Assembly: GCA_964632795.1 (NCBI GenBank)
Contig: CAZWEZ010000003.1
Location: forward strand, 3,922-67,921
Origin: an uncultured Thalassospiraceae bacterium
GTDB taxonomy: Bacteria; Pseudomonadota; Alphaproteobacteria; Rhodospirillales; 2-02-FULL-58-16
DNA: 64,000 nt
Direction of reading: 5' to 3'
In this document: positions 54,161 to 62,592 of the stretch, piece after piece
How positions within the stretch are numbered: the first letter of the stretch is position 1
Layout: each line of letters opens with the position of its first letter
Program-made: the position numbers and the translations under genes
The notes under the pieces: model-generated
Database searches by the model: none
What the model was told of the DNA's origin: nothing
What the model saw: the letters and a program-made list of their open reading frames with translations, nothing else

Positions 54161-54164
54161 AGCC

Positions 54165-54605
54165 ATGGTGAGGGTGGAGAAAAGCACCATCGTCGAGGCG
54201 CCGATCGACCGGGTGTGGGACGTCCTGCGCGATTTCAACGGCCACGACCGCTGGCATCCGGCGATCGCCGAAAGCGAGATCGAGAACGCGCGGCCCTCGG
54301 ACATGGTCGGCGCGGTCCGCAAGTTCAGGCTCGAGGACGGCGCCGAACTGCGCGAACGGCTCCTCGCCCTGTCGGACTGGGACCAGACCTTCAGCTACTG
54401 CCTGCTGGAGACCCCGATCCCGCTGTTCAACTACGTCGCCCACGTGGCCCTCAAGCCGGTCACCGACGGCGACCGCACCTTCTGGCTCTGGCGCTCGGAG
54501 TTCACCACGCCCCAAGGAAAGGAAAGGGAACTCGCCAGGGTCGTCGGCGAGGACATCTACATGCAGGGCTTCGCCGCCATCAAGAAGATGCTGGAACGCC
54601 ATTGA
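54165..54605 (+). CDS. SRPBCC-superfamily protein (paralog 2)
   Basis: VEAPIDRVWDVLRDFNGHDRWHPAIAES...ELRERLLALSDWDQTFSYCLLETPIPLFNYVAHVALKPVTDG. The ATG at 54165 lies inside ORF 54111-54605. Confidence 0.75.
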   Translation: MVRVEKSTIVEAPIDRVWDVLRDFNGHDRWHPAIAESEIENARPSDMVGAVRKFRLEDGAELRERLLALSDWDQTFSYCLLETPIPLFNYVAHVALKPVTDGDRTFWLWRSEFTTPQGKERELARVVGEDIYMQGFAAIKKMLERH

Positions 54606-54621
54606 GGCCAGGGAGGGCAGA

Positions 54622-55434
54622 ATGCCGGTTACGGTGAAGACGTTCGATCGGCTCCGCGACGCCGTCTCGGCGCTGAGTTCCGATTCCGGGGCCCGCTTCC
54701 TGGGCGGCGGTACCCTGCTCGTGAGGCGCCTCAATGAAGGACGAAGCGAGGCCTCGACCCTGATCCGCTCGACGGACCGGGCGATCGGCGAGATCCGGCC
54801 CTCGGGCAGCCGCGTCTTCATCGGCGCCGGGGCGACCATGGCCCGGATCGCCGCCCACCGCGACCTCGGCTTCCTGAAGGCGGCCGCCAACGCGGTCGGC
54901 GGTCCGGCGATCCGCACCATGGCCACCGTCGGCGGCAACATCTGCGCGCCCTATCCCTTCGGCGACTTCACGGTGGCCCTGCTGGCGCTGGAGGCCAAGG
55001 TGTCGATCCAAAGCGGCTACAACAAGCGGGACGTGTCCCTCGAGGACTTCCTGGCCGGGCGCGGCAGGGACAACCGCACGGTCATCTCCGGGGTGACCTT
55101 CCGCCGCCCGGATTCGGAGCGGGACTTCCGCTTCCTCAAGGTCACCCGGAGCCGGCCCAAGGGGGCGGCGGTGCTGGTCATCGCCACCAACCTGAACCTG
55201 CGGGGCGGGCGGATGTCGTCGCCGCGCGTCGCCTACGGCAACATGGCGCCGGGTCCGATCCGCGCCAAGGCTCTCGAGGCGGCGCTCAACGGCAAGACGC
55301 TGGACAAGGCCGGGATCGCGCCGGCCCTCGCGGTGGCGACCGACGGCTGCGCTCCCGTGAGCGATCCATTCGCCACCGAGCAGTACCGCCGTGACGTGCT
55401 GCCGGTCTACCTCGAACGCCTGCTGCTGGGCTGA
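54622..55434 (+). CDS. Xanthine-dehydrogenase-family FAD-binding subunit (CoxM/NdhF-like), enzyme 1
   Basis: RFLGGGTLLVRRLN, IGAGATMARIA and GGPAIRTMATVGGNIC match the FAD_binding_5 pattern. The RBS gggaggg is upstream. Confidence 0.8.
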   Translation: MPVTVKTFDRLRDAVSALSSDSGARFLGGGTLLVRRLNEGRSEASTLIRSTDRAIGEIRPSGSRVFIGAGATMARIAAHRDLGFLKAAANAVGGPAIRTMATVGGNICAPYPFGDFTVALLALEAKVSIQSGYNKRDVSLEDFLAGRGRDNRTVISGVTFRRPDSERDFRFLKVTRSRPKGAAVLVIATNLNLRGGRMSSPRVAYGNMAPGPIRAKALEAALNGKTLDKAGIAPALAVATDGCAPVSDPFATEQYRRDVLPVYLERLLLG

Positions 55435-55453
55435 AAGGACCTGCGAGGAAACG

Positions 55454-55939
55454 ATGAGTCTGATCCCCGTACAATTCAAACTCAACGGTGAGGACAAGGC
55501 CGAATTCGTCGACAGCACGGCGACCCTTCTCTCGGTGCTGCGCGACAAAATCGGTCTGCTGTCGCCCAAGGCCGGCTGCCAGCAGGGCGGCTGCGGGTGC
55601 TGCACGGTCCTGGTCGACGGCGCCCCCCAGCTGGCCTGCCTGACCCTGGCCGTGACGTGTGAGGGCAAATCGGTCGAGACCGTCGAGGGGATCGGTCGGA
55701 ATGGCGCGCTGCACCCGCTGCAACAGGCCTTCATGGACCACTTCGCGGCCCAGTGCGGGTTCTGCACCACCGGCATGATCATGGCCGCCAAGGCGCTGCT
55801 GGACAGCAACCCGAACCCGACCCGCGAGGACGTGGTCGAGGCCATTTCCGGCAACCTCTGCCGCTGCACCGGCTATCAGCCGATCATCAATGCCGTCCTC
55901 GCCGCCGCCGGCGGGGGCGACGGACATCGGACCTCCTGA
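55454..55939 (+). CDS. Xanthine-dehydrogenase-family [2Fe-2S] subunit (CoxS/NdhS-like), enzyme 1
   Basis: GCQQGGCGCCTVLVDG (plant-type cluster) and QCGFCTTGMIM...NLCRCTGY (second cluster). Confidence 0.85.
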   Translation: MSLIPVQFKLNGEDKAEFVDSTATLLSVLRDKIGLLSPKAGCQQGGCGCCTVLVDGAPQLACLTLAVTCEGKSVETVEGIGRNGALHPLQQAFMDHFAAQCGFCTTGMIMAAKALLDSNPNPTREDVVEAISGNLCRCTGYQPIINAVLAAAGGGDGHRTS

Positions 55940-55952
55940 GGAGACCGCGGCC

Positions 55953-57332
55953 ATGGAATTCAGGAAGGAATTTTTCGCCGACGAGCGCGAGGAGGGTCTG
56001 AGGGAAGTCGGAGCGGTCCGTCCGCGCCAGGACGCGCTGGGCCACGTCACCGGCCGCTCGCGGTTCTACGACGACCACAAGTTCGCCGGCATGCTTCATC
56101 TCAAGATGGTCCGCAGCCCCCATCCCCATGCCCGGATCCGCTCCATCGACACCCATCAGGCGGAGCGCGTTCAGGGCGTCAAGCGGATCATCCAGGCGGC
56201 GGACGTGCCCAAAAACATCCACACCATCCTCCGGCTGATCGATTTCGGGATCGACGACGAACCGGTGCTGGCTTTCGACAAGGTTCGCTACACCGGCGAG
56301 CCGATCGCCGCCGTGGTCGCCGAAACCGAACAGGCCGCCTACGAGGGCGTCTCGAAGGTCCGAATCGATTATGAACAACTGCCGGCGGTCTACGACATCG
56401 AGAAGGCGCTCGAGCCGGGCGCTCCCCTGGTCAACGAGTACCACGGTCAGAACTTCTTCGACTACAACGGCTACGACCACCAGAAGGTCCGCCTGGGCGA
56501 CGTCGAGAAGGCCTTCGCCCAAGCCGACCACGTGATCGAGGAACGCTACCGGATGTCGCCCATGGAGCACGCCACCACCGAGACCAACGGTTGCATCGCC
56601 CGGCCCGACACCGACGGCCGCTATATCTGCCACACCTCTTCGCAGGCGCTGTTCTTCTCGCTCGAGAACGTGGCCCTGATCGTCGGCCTGCCGTCCAACA
56701 AGCTGCACTTCATCGGCGGCACGGTGGGTGGCGGTTTCGGCGGCAAGAACGATACCGTTGTCGAACCGATCACGGTGTTGGCGGCGATGCTGACCCAAAG
56801 GCCGGTCCGCTATTCCTTCACCCGGACCGAGGAGATGCAGGTATCGTCCCACCGCGGCGCCGAGCTGTTCTATATCAAGGACGGGGTCATGAACGACGGC
56901 CGGATCGTCGCCCGCAAGATCAGGTTTTATGCCGACTCGGGGGCCTATTCGCGGCTGTCGCCCTACGGCGTGCTGAAGGCCGCCGCCCACATGCCGGGTC
57001 CCTACACCATTCCCAACGTGTGGATCGACGCCCGGTGCGTCTACACCAACCGCACCCCGTCGAGCTCGATGCGCGGCTTCGGGGTGACCGGGGCGGACTT
57101 CGCGCTCGAGGTCCAGATGGACAAGCTGGCCCGCCTGGTCGGAATCGACCCGATGGAGTTCCGCATCCTCAACGCCTACCGCGACGGCGACATGAAGGCC
57201 CATCACCGGACGACCAGCGGCGCCGCCCTGATCGAATGCGTCCAGGCGGCGGCGGAGCTGGCCGACTGGCCGATCGGGGATCGATACCGCGCCATGTCGT
57301 CGCGCCAGGGCGGCGGCGGGGAAAGGGGGTAG
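55953..57332 (+). CDS. Xanthine-dehydrogenase-family molybdopterin subunit, N-terminal part (NdhL-like), enzyme 1
   Basis: RPRQDALGHVTGRSRFYDDHKFAGMLHLKMVRSPHPHARI (a/b hammerhead) and YTNRTPSSSMRGFGVTGADFALE. It ends at TAG 57330-57332, at the point where unsplit large subunits continue. Confidence 0.8.
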   Translation: MEFRKEFFADEREEGLREVGAVRPRQDALGHVTGRSRFYDDHKFAGMLHLKMVRSPHPHARIRSIDTHQAERVQGVKRIIQAADVPKNIHTILRLIDFGIDDEPVLAFDKVRYTGEPIAAVVAETEQAAYEGVSKVRIDYEQLPAVYDIEKALEPGAPLVNEYHGQNFFDYNGYDHQKVRLGDVEKAFAQADHVIEERYRMSPMEHATTETNGCIARPDTDGRYICHTSSQALFFSLENVALIVGLPSNKLHFIGGTVGGGFGGKNDTVVEPITVLAAMLTQRPVRYSFTRTEEMQVSSHRGAELFYIKDGVMNDGRIVARKIRFYADSGAYSRLSPYGVLKAAAHMPGPYTIPNVWIDARCVYTNRTPSSSMRGFGVTGADFALEVQMDKLARLVGIDPMEFRILNAYRDGDMKAHHRTTSGAALIECVQAAAELADWPIGDRYRAMSSRQGGGGERG

Positions 57333-57338
57333 CGGATC

Positions 57339-58337
57339 ATGGCGAAAAGACGCGGCAAAGGCATTGCGTCGGTCAACTATCCGATCGGCATGAACCTCGG
57401 CGGCGATCCCAGCCAGGCTCTGGTCCATGCCATGCCGACCGGCAAGTTCATGGTTTCCCTGTCCAGCGTCGATCTGGGCCAGGGGATGAAGACGATGGCG
57501 CGCCAGGTCTGCGCCGAGGCCCTGGGGGTGCCGAGCGATGACGTGTACGTCGACACCGGCGACACCGACACCGGTCCCCATTGCATGGGCAGCTTCGCCT
57601 CGCGCGGCACCCATCGGGTCGGCAACGCGGTCATCATGGCGGCCAAGGAGGCCCGCGCCGTGTTGCTGGAGGCGGCGGCGGAAAAGCTGGAGGTCGAGGC
57701 CGGCGACCTGGATACCGACGGCGCCGGCAACATCCATGTCCGCGGCGATCCGGGGAAATCGATCACCGTAACCGAAGCCTCGCTGGCCGGGCAGTTCGAG
57801 CAGGGCCGGACGATCTCGGGGCGGGGAATTTTCCTGGTCCCGCTGTCGCACCCCGACCCCGAGACGGGATCGATGACCCCGGTCACCTGTTACGCCCACG
57901 CCTGCACCGTGGTCGAAGTGGAGGTCGACGACGAAACCGGCGTGGTCACCGTGTTGTCGATCAAGAGCGCCTATGAGATCGGCCGGGGGATAAACCCCAA
58001 AATGGTCGAACAGCAGCTCGTCGGCGGGGCCTGGATGGGCATCTCCCACGCCCTCTACGAGACCACCGAGCCCTATTATCCCGACCGCGCTCACATGCCC
58101 CGGGACTTCACCGGCTATCCGATGCCGGGGCCCGGAGACATCTGCGAGATCGACCTGGTGATCCTCGAACGGCCGGCGAAAGACGGTCCCTACGGCGCCA
58201 AAGGATGCGGCGAGATGTGCGCGACGCCGCCGATCCCGGCCATCGCCAACGCGATCTTCGACGCCGTCGGAGTGAGGATCGACGACATGCCGTTCACCCC
58301 CGAGAAGGTCCTCAAGGGGATCAAGGCGGTGCGCTGA
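57339..58337 (+). CDS. Xanthine-dehydrogenase-family molybdopterin subunit, C-terminal part (NdhM-like), enzyme 1
   Basis: KRRGKGIASVNYPIGMNLGG...VDLGQGMKTMARQVCAEALGVP...GSFASRGT...NPKMVEQQLVGGAWMG...YGAKGCGE. It has its own ATG 6 nt after the preceding stop and the SD-like sequence aaggggg. Confidence 0.8.
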   Translation: MAKRRGKGIASVNYPIGMNLGGDPSQALVHAMPTGKFMVSLSSVDLGQGMKTMARQVCAEALGVPSDDVYVDTGDTDTGPHCMGSFASRGTHRVGNAVIMAAKEARAVLLEAAAEKLEVEAGDLDTDGAGNIHVRGDPGKSITVTEASLAGQFEQGRTISGRGIFLVPLSHPDPETGSMTPVTCYAHACTVVEVEVDDETGVVTVLSIKSAYEIGRGINPKMVEQQLVGGAWMGISHALYETTEPYYPDRAHMPRDFTGYPMPGPGDICEIDLVILERPAKDGPYGAKGCGEMCATPPIPAIANAIFDAVGVRIDDMPFTPEKVLKGIKAVR

Positions 58338-58338
58338 A

Positions 58339-61278
58339 ATGGCGGAGTCGTGGGTCGGCAAATCCATGGAGCGGGTCGAGGACCTGTCGCTGCTGCGCGG
58401 CCTGGGCCAGTTCGCCGACAACCTGGCGACGCCGCCCGGGGTCTGCCATGCCGCCTTCCTGCGCTCGCCCCTGGCCCATGCCAGGGTCGTTTCGATCGAC
58501 GCTTCGGGGGCGGAAAACATGCCCGGCGTCGTCGCGGTCGTCACCGGCGACGACATGGTGGCCCATTCCAGGCCCTTCATCACCGGGGTCAAGGTCGACG
58601 CGCCGCAGTATGCGCTGGCCATCGATCGGGTGCGCTACGTCGGCGAGTCGCTCGCCATCGTCATCGCCAAGGACCGCTACCTGGCCGAGGACGCCGTGGA
58701 AGCGATCGAGGTCGAATACGCGCCTCTGGCGCCGGTGATCGATCCACGCCAGGCCGCCGAAGCGGGCGCGCCGAGACTGCACCCCGGCACCGAGAGCAAC
58801 GTCCTGCACCAACGCTCCTTCAGCTACGGCGACCCTGAGGCGGCGTTCGCCGGGGCCGCCCATACCGTCGAAGCGACCTTCAGCTATCCCCGCAACTCGT
58901 GCACGCCGCTCGAATGCTACTGCGTGATCGCCCACCACCGGGCCGGCGATGACGTCTACGAGGTCACCGCCAATTTCCAGGGGCCCTATACGCTGCACAC
59001 GGTGATGGCGCGCGCGCTGAAGGTCCCCGGGAACCGGTTGCGCCTGAGGACGCCGCCCGATTCGGGGGGCAGCTACGGGGTCAAACAGGGGATCTTCCCA
59101 TACATCGTCGGGCTGGGCGTGGCGGCCAGGATCGCCGGCCGTCCGGTCAAGTGGCTGGAGGACCGGCTCGAGAACCTGGGCGCGGCGACCTCGGCCACCA
59201 ATCGCGTCACGACGCTCAAGGCGGCGCTCGACGACGATGGCCGTATCCTGGCCCTCGATTACGATCAACTCGAGGACTGCGGGGCCTATCTGCGGGCCCC
59301 GGAACCGGCGACCATCTACCGCATGCACGGCAACATGACCGGCGCCTATGCGATCGAAAACCTCAGGATCCGCAACCGGGTGGTGGTCACCAACAAGACG
59401 CCGAGCGGCCTGATGCGCGGTTTCGGCGGGCCGCAGGTCTATTTTCCGCTGGAACGGATCGTCGATCTGGCTGCCCGCAAGATCGGTCTGGACCGGCTGG
59501 AGATGAGACGCCGCAACCTTGTTCCCGGCGCCGCCATGCCCTATCGCACGGCGCCCGGCGCGGTGCTCGATTCGGGCGATTACGCGCGCTCCGTCGAGCG
59601 CGCCGTCGGCGAAGGGGGATTGGCGGAACTGGTCGCCCGTCGCGACCAGGCGCGCTCCGAAGGTCGTCTCTACGGGATCGGCTATGCGACGATCGTCGAA
59701 CCGTCGATCTCCAACATGGGCTACATCACCACCCTTCTGACGCCCCAACAAAGGGAAAAGGCGGGTCCCAAGAACGGCGCCCTGGCCACCGCCACGGTCA
59801 GTTTCGATCCCTCCGGGGCGATCACCGTCAACACCTCGTCGGTCCCCCAGGGGCAGGGTCACCGCACGGTCCTGGCCCAGGTGGTGGCCGATGTTCTCGG
59901 CGTCGAGCCGTCGACCATCGTCGTCTCGACCGACCACGATACGGCCAAGGATGCGTGGTCGATCGCTTCGGGCAATTACGCCAGCCGCTTCGCCGGGGCG
60001 GTCGCCGGGGCGGCCCACAAGGCGGCGGTGAAGCTTCGCCAACGGCTGGCCCGGATCGCCGCCGCCGACCTCAACGTGTTGCCCGATGAGGTGGAATTCG
60101 AGGACGGCAAGGTGTTCGCGCGCGACAATCCCGACAACGCCCTGGCCATCGGGCGGCTCGCCGCCAAGGCCCACTGGTCGCCGCTGTCGGTTCCCGAGGG
60201 GGCCGGCGCCGGGCTGCGCGAGACCGCCTTCTGGAGCCTGCCGGAACTGGTCGAACCGGACGAGGCGGACCGGATCAACTCGTCGGCCTGCCACGGCTTC
60301 ATCTTCGATTTCTGCGGGGTCGAGATCGACCCCGACACCTGCGCCGTGCGGATCGACAAGTACGTCACCATGCACGACGCCGGAAACCTGCTCAATCCGA
60401 TGCTGGCCGACGGCCAGATCCGGGGCGGCTTCGCCCACGGACTGGGGGCGGCGCTGCTCGAGGAACTGGCCTATGCGCCCGACGGCGGCTTCCTGTCGGG
60501 GACCTTCGCCGACTACCTGCCGCCAACCGCGTGCGAGGTCCCCGACCTGGTCATCCTCCATGACGGCTCGCCGTCGCCCTTGACGCCGCTCGGCGCCAAG
60601 GGCCTGGGCGAGGGCAACTGCATGTCGACCCCGGTGTGCATCGCCAACGCGGTGGCCGACGCCACCGGGGTCGATATCGCGACCCTGCCCCTGACCCGCT
60701 CGGCCCTGGCCGAGCTGCTGCTCGGCGAGGAGCCCGCAGGCAGGAGTCCGCTCGCCGCGCCGCCGCCGGGCGACGGACATGCCCTGCGCGGAACGGGATC
60801 GACCCTGGTCCCGGCGACCCCGGAGGCGGTGTGGGCGATCATCCTCGACGAAACCCGGCTGGCCCAGGTCATCCCCGGCTGTCACGACCTCGAAAGAGTC
60901 GGCGAAAATGCCTTCCGGGCCCAGGTGACGCTGGGCATCGGTCCCGTCAAGGGCCACTTCCGGGCCGACGTCGCGCTCCAGGACCTGGACCCGCCGCGCG
61001 CCCTCAGGCTGGTCGGCGGCGCCGAGGGACCGTTGGGATCGTCGCGCGGCGAAGGGACCGTGACCCTGACCGCGACCGACGGCGGAACGCGCATCGACTA
61101 TACCTATGCCGTGCGGGTCTCGGGCAAGGTTGCCGCCGTCGGCGGCCGGCTGATCGACGGCGCGGCGCGAACGTTGATCGGCCGCTTCTTCGAGCGCCTG
61201 GTGGGGATGGCCGGCCAGCCGGCGCGGCGGCGCGGCATCCTGGCCCGCATCCTGGCCTTCTTCGGAATAAGACGATGA
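58339..61278 (+). CDS. Xanthine-dehydrogenase/CoxL-family molybdopterin large subunit fused C-terminally to a CoxG-like SRPBCC domain, enzyme 2
   Basis: ESWVGKSMERVEDLSLLRG...HARVVSID, NKTPSGLMRGFGGPQV and GAKGLGEGN cover aa 1 to about 775. A Pro-rich linker follows, then LVPATPEAVWAIILDETRLAQVIPGCHDLERVGENAFRAQVTLGIGPVKGHF...GKVAAVGGRLIDGAARTLIGRFFERL, the CoxG pattern from about nt 60750 onward. Confidence 0.8.
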   Translation: MAESWVGKSMERVEDLSLLRGLGQFADNLATPPGVCHAAFLRSPLAHARVVSIDASGAENMPGVVAVVTGDDMVAHSRPFITGVKVDAPQYALAIDRVRYVGESLAIVIAKDRYLAEDAVEAIEVEYAPLAPVIDPRQAAEAGAPRLHPGTESNVLHQRSFSYGDPEAAFAGAAHTVEATFSYPRNSCTPLECYCVIAHHRAGDDVYEVTANFQGPYTLHTVMARALKVPGNRLRLRTPPDSGGSYGVKQGIFPYIVGLGVAARIAGRPVKWLEDRLENLGAATSATNRVTTLKAALDDDGRILALDYDQLEDCGAYLRAPEPATIYRMHGNMTGAYAIENLRIRNRVVVTNKTPSGLMRGFGGPQVYFPLERIVDLAARKIGLDRLEMRRRNLVPGAAMPYRTAPGAVLDSGDYARSVERAVGEGGLAELVARRDQARSEGRLYGIGYATIVEPSISNMGYITTLLTPQQREKAGPKNGALATATVSFDPSGAITVNTSSVPQGQGHRTVLAQVVADVLGVEPSTIVVSTDHDTAKDAWSIASGNYASRFAGAVAGAAHKAAVKLRQRLARIAAADLNVLPDEVEFEDGKVFARDNPDNALAIGRLAAKAHWSPLSVPEGAGAGLRETAFWSLPELVEPDEADRINSSACHGFIFDFCGVEIDPDTCAVRIDKYVTMHDAGNLLNPMLADGQIRGGFAHGLGAALLEELAYAPDGGFLSGTFADYLPPTACEVPDLVILHDGSPSPLTPLGAKGLGEGNCMSTPVCIANAVADATGVDIATLPLTRSALAELLLGEEPAGRSPLAAPPPGDGHALRGTGSTLVPATPEAVWAIILDETRLAQVIPGCHDLERVGENAFRAQVTLGIGPVKGHFRADVALQDLDPPRALRLVGGAEGPLGSSRGEGTVTLTATDGGTRIDYTYAVRVSGKVAAVGGRLIDGAARTLIGRFFERLVGMAGQPARRRGILARILAFFGIRR

Positions 61279-62102
61279 AGCCCGCCGCCTTCGACTACGC
61301 GCGTCCCGAGACCACCGCCGAGGCCCTCGACCTGCTGGCCCGGCACGGCGACGAGGCGCGGATCCTGGCCGGCGGGCAATCGCTGGGACCGATGCTCAAC
61401 ATGCGCCTGGCGGCGCCATCGCTGCTGATCGACATCTCGCGGATCGAGAGCCTCAGAACCATCGCCATCAAGAACGGGATGGTGGAGGTCGGGGCGGCGG
61501 TGACCCAGGATGAACTGTTGACGTGGCCCGATCTGTCGGCGGTCCAGCCTCTGCTGGCCCAAACCCTGCCGTGGGTCGGACACCACCAGACCCGCCAGCG
61601 CGGCACCGTGTGCGGCTCGATCGCCAACTCCGACCCCAGCGCCGAGTTGCCCCTTGCCTTCGCGGTTCTCGACGGCCAGGCGGTCCTCGAGGGGAAACGC
61701 GGCCGGCGGACCGTGGCCGCGGACGCCTTCCAGACCGGCATCATGGCGACGGCGATCGAAAGCGGAGAAATGCTGACCGCCGTCAGGTTCCCCGTTGCCC
61801 GCCCCGGCACGGCCGCGGCGTTTCGCGAGGTCAGCCAACGCCACGGCGATTTCGCCATGGTCGCGCTGGCCGCGGTGGGCGGCGCGGACGGGGTGCGGAT
61901 CGGCGTCGGCGGGGTGGCCGAGACGCCGGCGGTGAGCGATCTGCCGTGGCTGGCGGACGGGGCGCTGGAGGAGGCGCTCAACGACTTCGCCTGGTCTCTG
62001 GGGGCGACCGGCGACCAGCACGCGACGGCGCGCTATCGCCGGGAACTGGTTCGCCGCATCGGCCGCCGGGTGATCGCGGAGGTGTCCGATGCCAAGCCTT
62101 GA
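61275..62102 (+). CDS. Xanthine-dehydrogenase-family FAD-binding subunit (CoxM-like), enzyme 2
   Basis: KPAAFDYARPETTAEALDLLARHGDEARILAGGQSLGPMLNMRL...RGTVCGSIANSDP. The ATG overlaps the large-subunit stop (ATGA). There is no Cys-rich insertion of the 4-hydroxybenzoyl-CoA-reductase type. Confidence 0.8.
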   Translation: MKPAAFDYARPETTAEALDLLARHGDEARILAGGQSLGPMLNMRLAAPSLLIDISRIESLRTIAIKNGMVEVGAAVTQDELLTWPDLSAVQPLLAQTLPWVGHHQTRQRGTVCGSIANSDPSAELPLAFAVLDGQAVLEGKRGRRTVAADAFQTGIMATAIESGEMLTAVRFPVARPGTAAAFREVSQRHGDFAMVALAAVGGADGVRIGVGGVAETPAVSDLPWLADGALEEALNDFAWSLGATGDQHATARYRRELVRRIGRRVIAEVSDAKP

Positions 62103-62592
62103 AGCCGGGGCGCGGCATCTGGTCCGCTTGACCCTCAACGGCCGGGCGGTCGAGGGGCACGCCGAACCGAGGATGCTGTTCACCGATTTCCTGCGCCACG
62201 AACTGGGCATGGTGGGGACCACCGTGGGGTGCGAGCACGGCGTTTGCGGCGCCTGCACGGTGCGGGTGGACGGCATGGCCTGGCGGGGCTGCCTGCTGTA
62301 CGCGGTCCAACTCGAAGGGCGGACGGTCGAGACGGTCGAGGGGCTGGCCGGCCCCGACGGCGCGCTCAACGATTTGCAGACGGCGTTCCGCAAGCACCAC
62401 GCGCTGCAATGCGGGTTCTGCACGCCGGGGATACTGATGTCGCTGAGCCAACTCATCGAGGAGGAACCGGGGGCCGACGAGGCCCGCGTCCGCGATGTCC
62501 TGTCGGGCCATATCTGCCGCTGCACGGGATATCACGGGATCGTCGCCGCGGCCCTGGAGGTCCTCGGAGCGCAGAGCCGGGGACGGGACTGA
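62089..62592 (+). CDS. Xanthine-dehydrogenase-family [2Fe-2S] subunit (CoxS-like), enzyme 2
   Basis: GCEHGVCGACTVRVDG and QCGFCTPGILM...HICRCTGY. Confidence 0.85.
   Translation: MPSLEAGARHLVRLTLNGRAVEGHAEPRMLFTDFLRHELGMVGTTVGCEHGVCGACTVRVDGMAWRGCLLYAVQLEGRTVETVEGLAGPDGALNDLQTAFRKHHALQCGFCTPGILMSLSQLIEEEPGADEARVRDVLSGHICRCTGYHGIVAAALEVLGAQSRGRD

Noticed and set aside
55887-60957. Two very long minus-strand ORFs (55887-58622, 911 aa; 58321-60957, 878 aa)
   Set aside because: They are antisense to the molybdoenzyme genes, with R/G/D/A-rich featureless translations. The plus-strand frames contain all XDH-family motifs.
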